DNA of 64,000 nt. Source: a virus (Duplodnaviria > Caudoviricetes). The position numbers and the translations under genes are program-made. Under the pieces are notes generated by a model, which did no database searches, had not been told where the DNA came from, and was given only the letters and a program-made list of their open reading frames with translations. Position 1 is the first letter of the stretch, and each line of letters begins with the position of its first letter. The stretch spans positions 32,001 to 96,000 of the IMG/VR virus record IMGVR_UViG_3300012979_001162. The stretch is one strand, 5' to 3'. Below are positions 60,550-64,000 of this stretch, in pieces.

Positions 60550-61695
60550 TTAATTGAATGTAATCTCTCTCGTATAATCTTCGTCGTTTTTGTCATCCCA
60601 TACTAGAGCTCTCAGTTCACGTCCTATAGGTTTTTCCATATACACCGTCGGCCTACTTAAATCTTCGTCACTTTCATCATCTGCTACAAACTCCACGCAG
60701 ATACTTGGATAATCCGGATCAGCACTAATTGTAGCGTACAAATATCCACCTTCTACTTCTACTCTTAAGCAATCTTCCTGTTTGCTATACATTATTCATC
60801 CTCCTCAATTTCTACACAAATCTTTTTACAAAGTTCAAATGAGTCGCACCAAGTGTTCATAAAGTTTTGAAGTCTTGTGGCACAATACTCTTTCACGCAT
60901 TCAATGTTGTCAGAATTATCAACCATTCCATAAATATCATATGCCTCGGTAGAACCGCCGCCATAATATCCCATAGCAAACACGCCATCATCTTCGTCGA
61001 AGATTTGCATCAGCTTCATACCGTACCAGCCGCTTGGATCGCATTCTGGGTCTATGTCGATATCGTCAAACGTAAAATCCAATCTCTTAGTTTTTGTCTT
61101 TAACTCAAACAATCTATCTATGGCCTCTGCAGCCGTCATCATTTTAAATTTCATTACTCTTCCTCCTCAAGATACTTCTTACAAAACTTAATTGCATCGG
61201 CTTCTTCCAGTTCGGTCAGTTTATAATTCATCCAGTGCTTATCCCCATCGTTGTCGATATAGAATAGTTCGCTTCCCAGCTCTTCTTCGCAGACGTACCA
61301 CCCATCTTCGTCCTGTCCTACACAAATTCCAAAACAACCCTCATTATAATTTTCCCTATCTATAACTTTCGCCTCTTCAATGAATTCTGTCGGTACATCA
61401 ACCACCTCAAGCCAGCATACATTCTCATTAGCACCAAAATCATCAACATGTTCAATACATTTTATTTTCATTATACTTCCTCCAATTCACTTATATAATC
61501 AATCAAATCATAAACCTCATGCTCTGCGTTCTCCAAAGCATTAATGCTTCTGACCGCATATGGCTCACTCTTCTCAAGCTCTTTTCTACGTAAAAACAAT
61601 AGTTCTGATACAAAATCAAGCAAATCGTCAAGCTCGCTTGGTAAAATACAGTGTTTATCCATAAGTTTATTAAGTTGCATTTTAGTCATATACAC
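60550..61695 (-). CDS. Four small acidic hypothetical genes (60550-60792, 60792-61154, 61154-61471, 61471-61695)
   Basis: TAATG-coupled ORFs. Confidence 0.65.
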
Positions 61696-61741
61696 CTCAA
61701 CTTTCTCCCGGGTTTAACCGCCCGGGACGGTTTTACTTTTT

Positions 61742-62143
61742 TTATCGTACAACGTCTATTCTAATGTTGTCCTTATTCATTTCTACGGTCTCAATCAAAA
61801 ACCTTACTCTTTCCTCGCCATCCATATTATCCCAACAATAATCAAGAATGGTCTCAAATAATTCTATTCCAGAATTTCTACCAACACCCGCCATGTCGGT
61901 AATCTTGTGATTTTTACAAAACGTAACCACATCCCCAATAGTTCTAAGCTTTCCTCTTAACAATGCATTAGTCGTTCTCTTTGACATTCCAAAATCCACA
62001 ATCAGCACATTAAAGCATTCTTCCTTGTAGGGAATTGCAACATTTCTTTTAACATATACTGATTCAAGTGCCTTTGATAATGTGATGCCCTCTGCCATTC
62101 TATCTACGATAATATCCATAACGTCTATATTGATCTGTGTCAT
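61742..62143 (-). CDS. Stand-alone RNA polymerase alpha-CTD-like protein
   Basis: IVDFGMSKRTTNALLRGKLRTIGDV...MAGVGRNSGIE matches the alpha-CTD pattern LSVRxxNCLxRxxIxTxxDL...NxGxKSxxE; start MTQIN after AAAGGAG. Confidence 0.78.
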   Translation of the reverse strand: MTQINIDVMDIIVDRMAEGITLSKALESVYVKRNVAIPYKEECFNVLIVDFGMSKRTTNALLRGKLRTIGDVVTFCKNHKITDMAGVGRNSGIELFETILDYCWDNMDGEERVRFLIETVEMNKDNIRIDVVR

Positions 62144-62183
62144 AATAATTTTCTCCTTTGTAATTAAATCATTTTGTTGTGTA

Positions 62184-63621
62184 TTAGCCATAAATTATCT
62201 CGTTAAACAAGGCATACTGGAAGATAATATCTCCAACTTCACCGTCGATTGTATCTATATCTCCGTCCCAATATTTATTTTCGATGGCTAATTTAATACC
62301 ATTAAGCAACTTGTCGAGCGTAAGATCCCATGTTTCAGACTCGTCTTCGACATCATACATCAATATTGCGTCGCCCTTCTTTAACATATGATACAAAATA
62401 TCTTCGTATGTGCGGTCTTCTTTGCTAAGTTCGTCCCTAGCTTCATAATACTCATTACTATCATGAACTCCGCCCCAATAACCAATATCAGAGGTTGCCG
62501 AACTAATGATGTCAATCATATCATCATCGCTAAATTTAAATGTTGGTGTCACTGAATATTTATTCATTTCTTATTCGTCCTCCTCTTCTTCAGGATAAAT
62601 TACCTCGCCGTCATCGTTATATGACTGACAACAAACATCGCAATACCAATATCCAACTCCGTGGATATCCTCTCTACGCTCACACTCAAAATCACAATCA
62701 GGGCATTCAAAGTAATCGGGATCGTCTTCGAGTTCTTCAATATCATTATATTCAATATCCTCGAACACATCTACAGACTCATCGCTCCCTGAAACCCCCA
62801 CTAACTTATCACTACCACCATTGCCTGCATAAGCAACCAATGACGGAAGGTCCATTGATGCCTTTTTATATGCATCATCCTCGTTACATGCCCAAACATC
62901 CTTGGTAACCACAACCTCAACTACACCACAAACTCTAAACTTCTTCATTTATTTAATCCTCCTTAATAATTTTCATCCACATAAGGGAAGTTCGCTCCTA
63001 CTTCCTTCTTTAAATGAGCCACAACAAAATCTGTAATCTCTTTGCCGAGCGTCAAGATATCATCATACTCCAAGACGATACTCGGTACGCTCATTTCAAG
63101 CATATTCCTCACATACTCTTCTGTAAGGTCATCAATGTTATCCCAATATGTCATATTTGCTTTCTTGTTCATTATTCATCGCCCTCCTCATAATAAATAT
63201 TTTCTAAATTAATTTCATCTACATGATTTACCATCATATCAAGAACATTAAATTCAAAAGAATGTTCGTCGAAATACTTCTTGTTTTTATTAACAAACTC
63301 CACATCATTCTTCAACAACAGCCATTCTGTCGCACCGTCCGGAACCTCTCTCCATTCCAAATCAACCTCGTAGGCGTTTAACTCGTCTTCAAGATCCGCA
63401 TAAAAATAATCGGTAATATATGCGTCCATTCTATCTAATATGTCTTCAGCGCAGGTGAATCTATCACTTTCAATATCACCAAGATTGGCACCTTGTCCAT
63501 CATAAACACCCCAACGCCAAGGATCATACTCTTCGTCTGCAGTTTTATATTTAACAAGCGTAAATTCTACGCACTCTAAAAATTCTTCGAATAATTCTTC
63601 CCATTTGTTTTGCTTTTTCAT
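62184..63621 (-). CDS. Four acidic hypothetical genes (62184-62567, 62571-62948, 62963-63172, 63172-63621)
   Basis: RBS-bearing contiguous ORFs. Confidence 0.65.
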
Positions 63622-63630
63622 AATGACCTC

Positions 63631-64000
63631 CTAAATCTTTTCTGATTTCAAATTCGTTTTGCATTTACTACAACGATACTTGTCTGCTCTACGCACCGCC
63701 TCGCAATTTGTTTTATACTTCCATTCTGCGCCACAGTCCGGACAATACAATCTATACTTATATGGATTGCATTTATTTGCTTCTGCTCTTGCTTGTTGAG
63801 CCGCATTATGAAATGTCTCATTGTTGGACAATCTACTTGCTTCATAACCCCAACGCTTTCCAATTTTATCCGCCCTTATCTTCCATTCATATCCGTGGTG
63901 CTCTTTCGGTGCAACAAAGTGTCCAACCTCGTGGCACAATACCTTTCGAATACAATCATAATCTTGACCACAGTTTGTACTCAAAGTAATAATACATCTT
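63631..64000 (-). CDS. SprT-like zinc metalloprotease with Zn ribbon; 5' end outside window
   Basis: HEVGH...HHG..W, CPDCG...CSKC. Confidence 0.8.
   Translation of the reverse strand, partial: RCIITLSTNCGQDYDCIRKVLCHEVGHFVAPKEHHGYEWKIRADKIGKRWGYEASRLSNNETFHNAAQQARAEANKCNPYKYRLYCPDCGAEWKYKTNCEAVRRADKYRCSKCKTNLKSEKI

Larger units (their letters stand above)
2843..62182. repeat. Dispersed 16-bp motif ACAxxACAAAATGATT, about 30 copies
   Basis: Copies start at 2843, 9545, 15431, 15732, 19143, 20042, 20951, 21004, 22917, 25840, 25872, 27481, 31762, 32124, 32754, 33867, 40809, 41965, 43233, 47799, 48958, 49198, 50675, 51705, 51726, 53381, 53723, 54721, 59799, 60533, 62167. Confidence 0.9.

Noticed and set aside
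2843-62182. Dispersed motif as CRISPR repeats or integron-like cassette sites
   Set aside because: Copies are short, asymmetric, irregularly spaced and often inside promoters or core genes; there is no repeat-spacer periodicity and no cas gene

Overview
The window is 64 kb of a large, AT-rich temperate phage of a Firmicute host (probably Clostridia, inferred from sigma-A promoters, AGGAGG RBSs and gene content). Its gene order resembles Bacillus phage SPbeta. The + strand (1-5.8 kb) carries the end of the virion module, a free-standing nuclease and a TubR/TubZ partition cassette. The - strand (5.9-64 kb) carries a large serine recombinase, a nucleotide-metabolism block (dut, FTR-like, nrdG, nrdD, NrdH-like, HAD nucleotidase, gmk, ThyX-like), NAD ligase, an amidase, a tRNA/ncRNA cluster, a replication module (DnaE, RecJ, primase, helicase, AAA, SSB-like), an MrpR-like repressor beside a tyrosine recombinase, and many small early genes. 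Four things stand out. (1) About 1.5 kb of non-coding, heavily base-paired sequence between atypical tRNAs, which may be large ncRNAs. (2) About 30 copies of a 16-bp oriented motif (ACAxxACAAAATGATT), a likely operator of the MrpR-like protein. (3) Ten sigma-A promoters with a TGTWAH-N5-TGTWAH (WalR-type) repeat exactly 16 bp upstream of TTGACA. (4) A class III RNR with its own NrdH-like and ferredoxin:thioredoxin-reductase-like partners. All calls come from reading motifs by eye; no database search or folding program was run.
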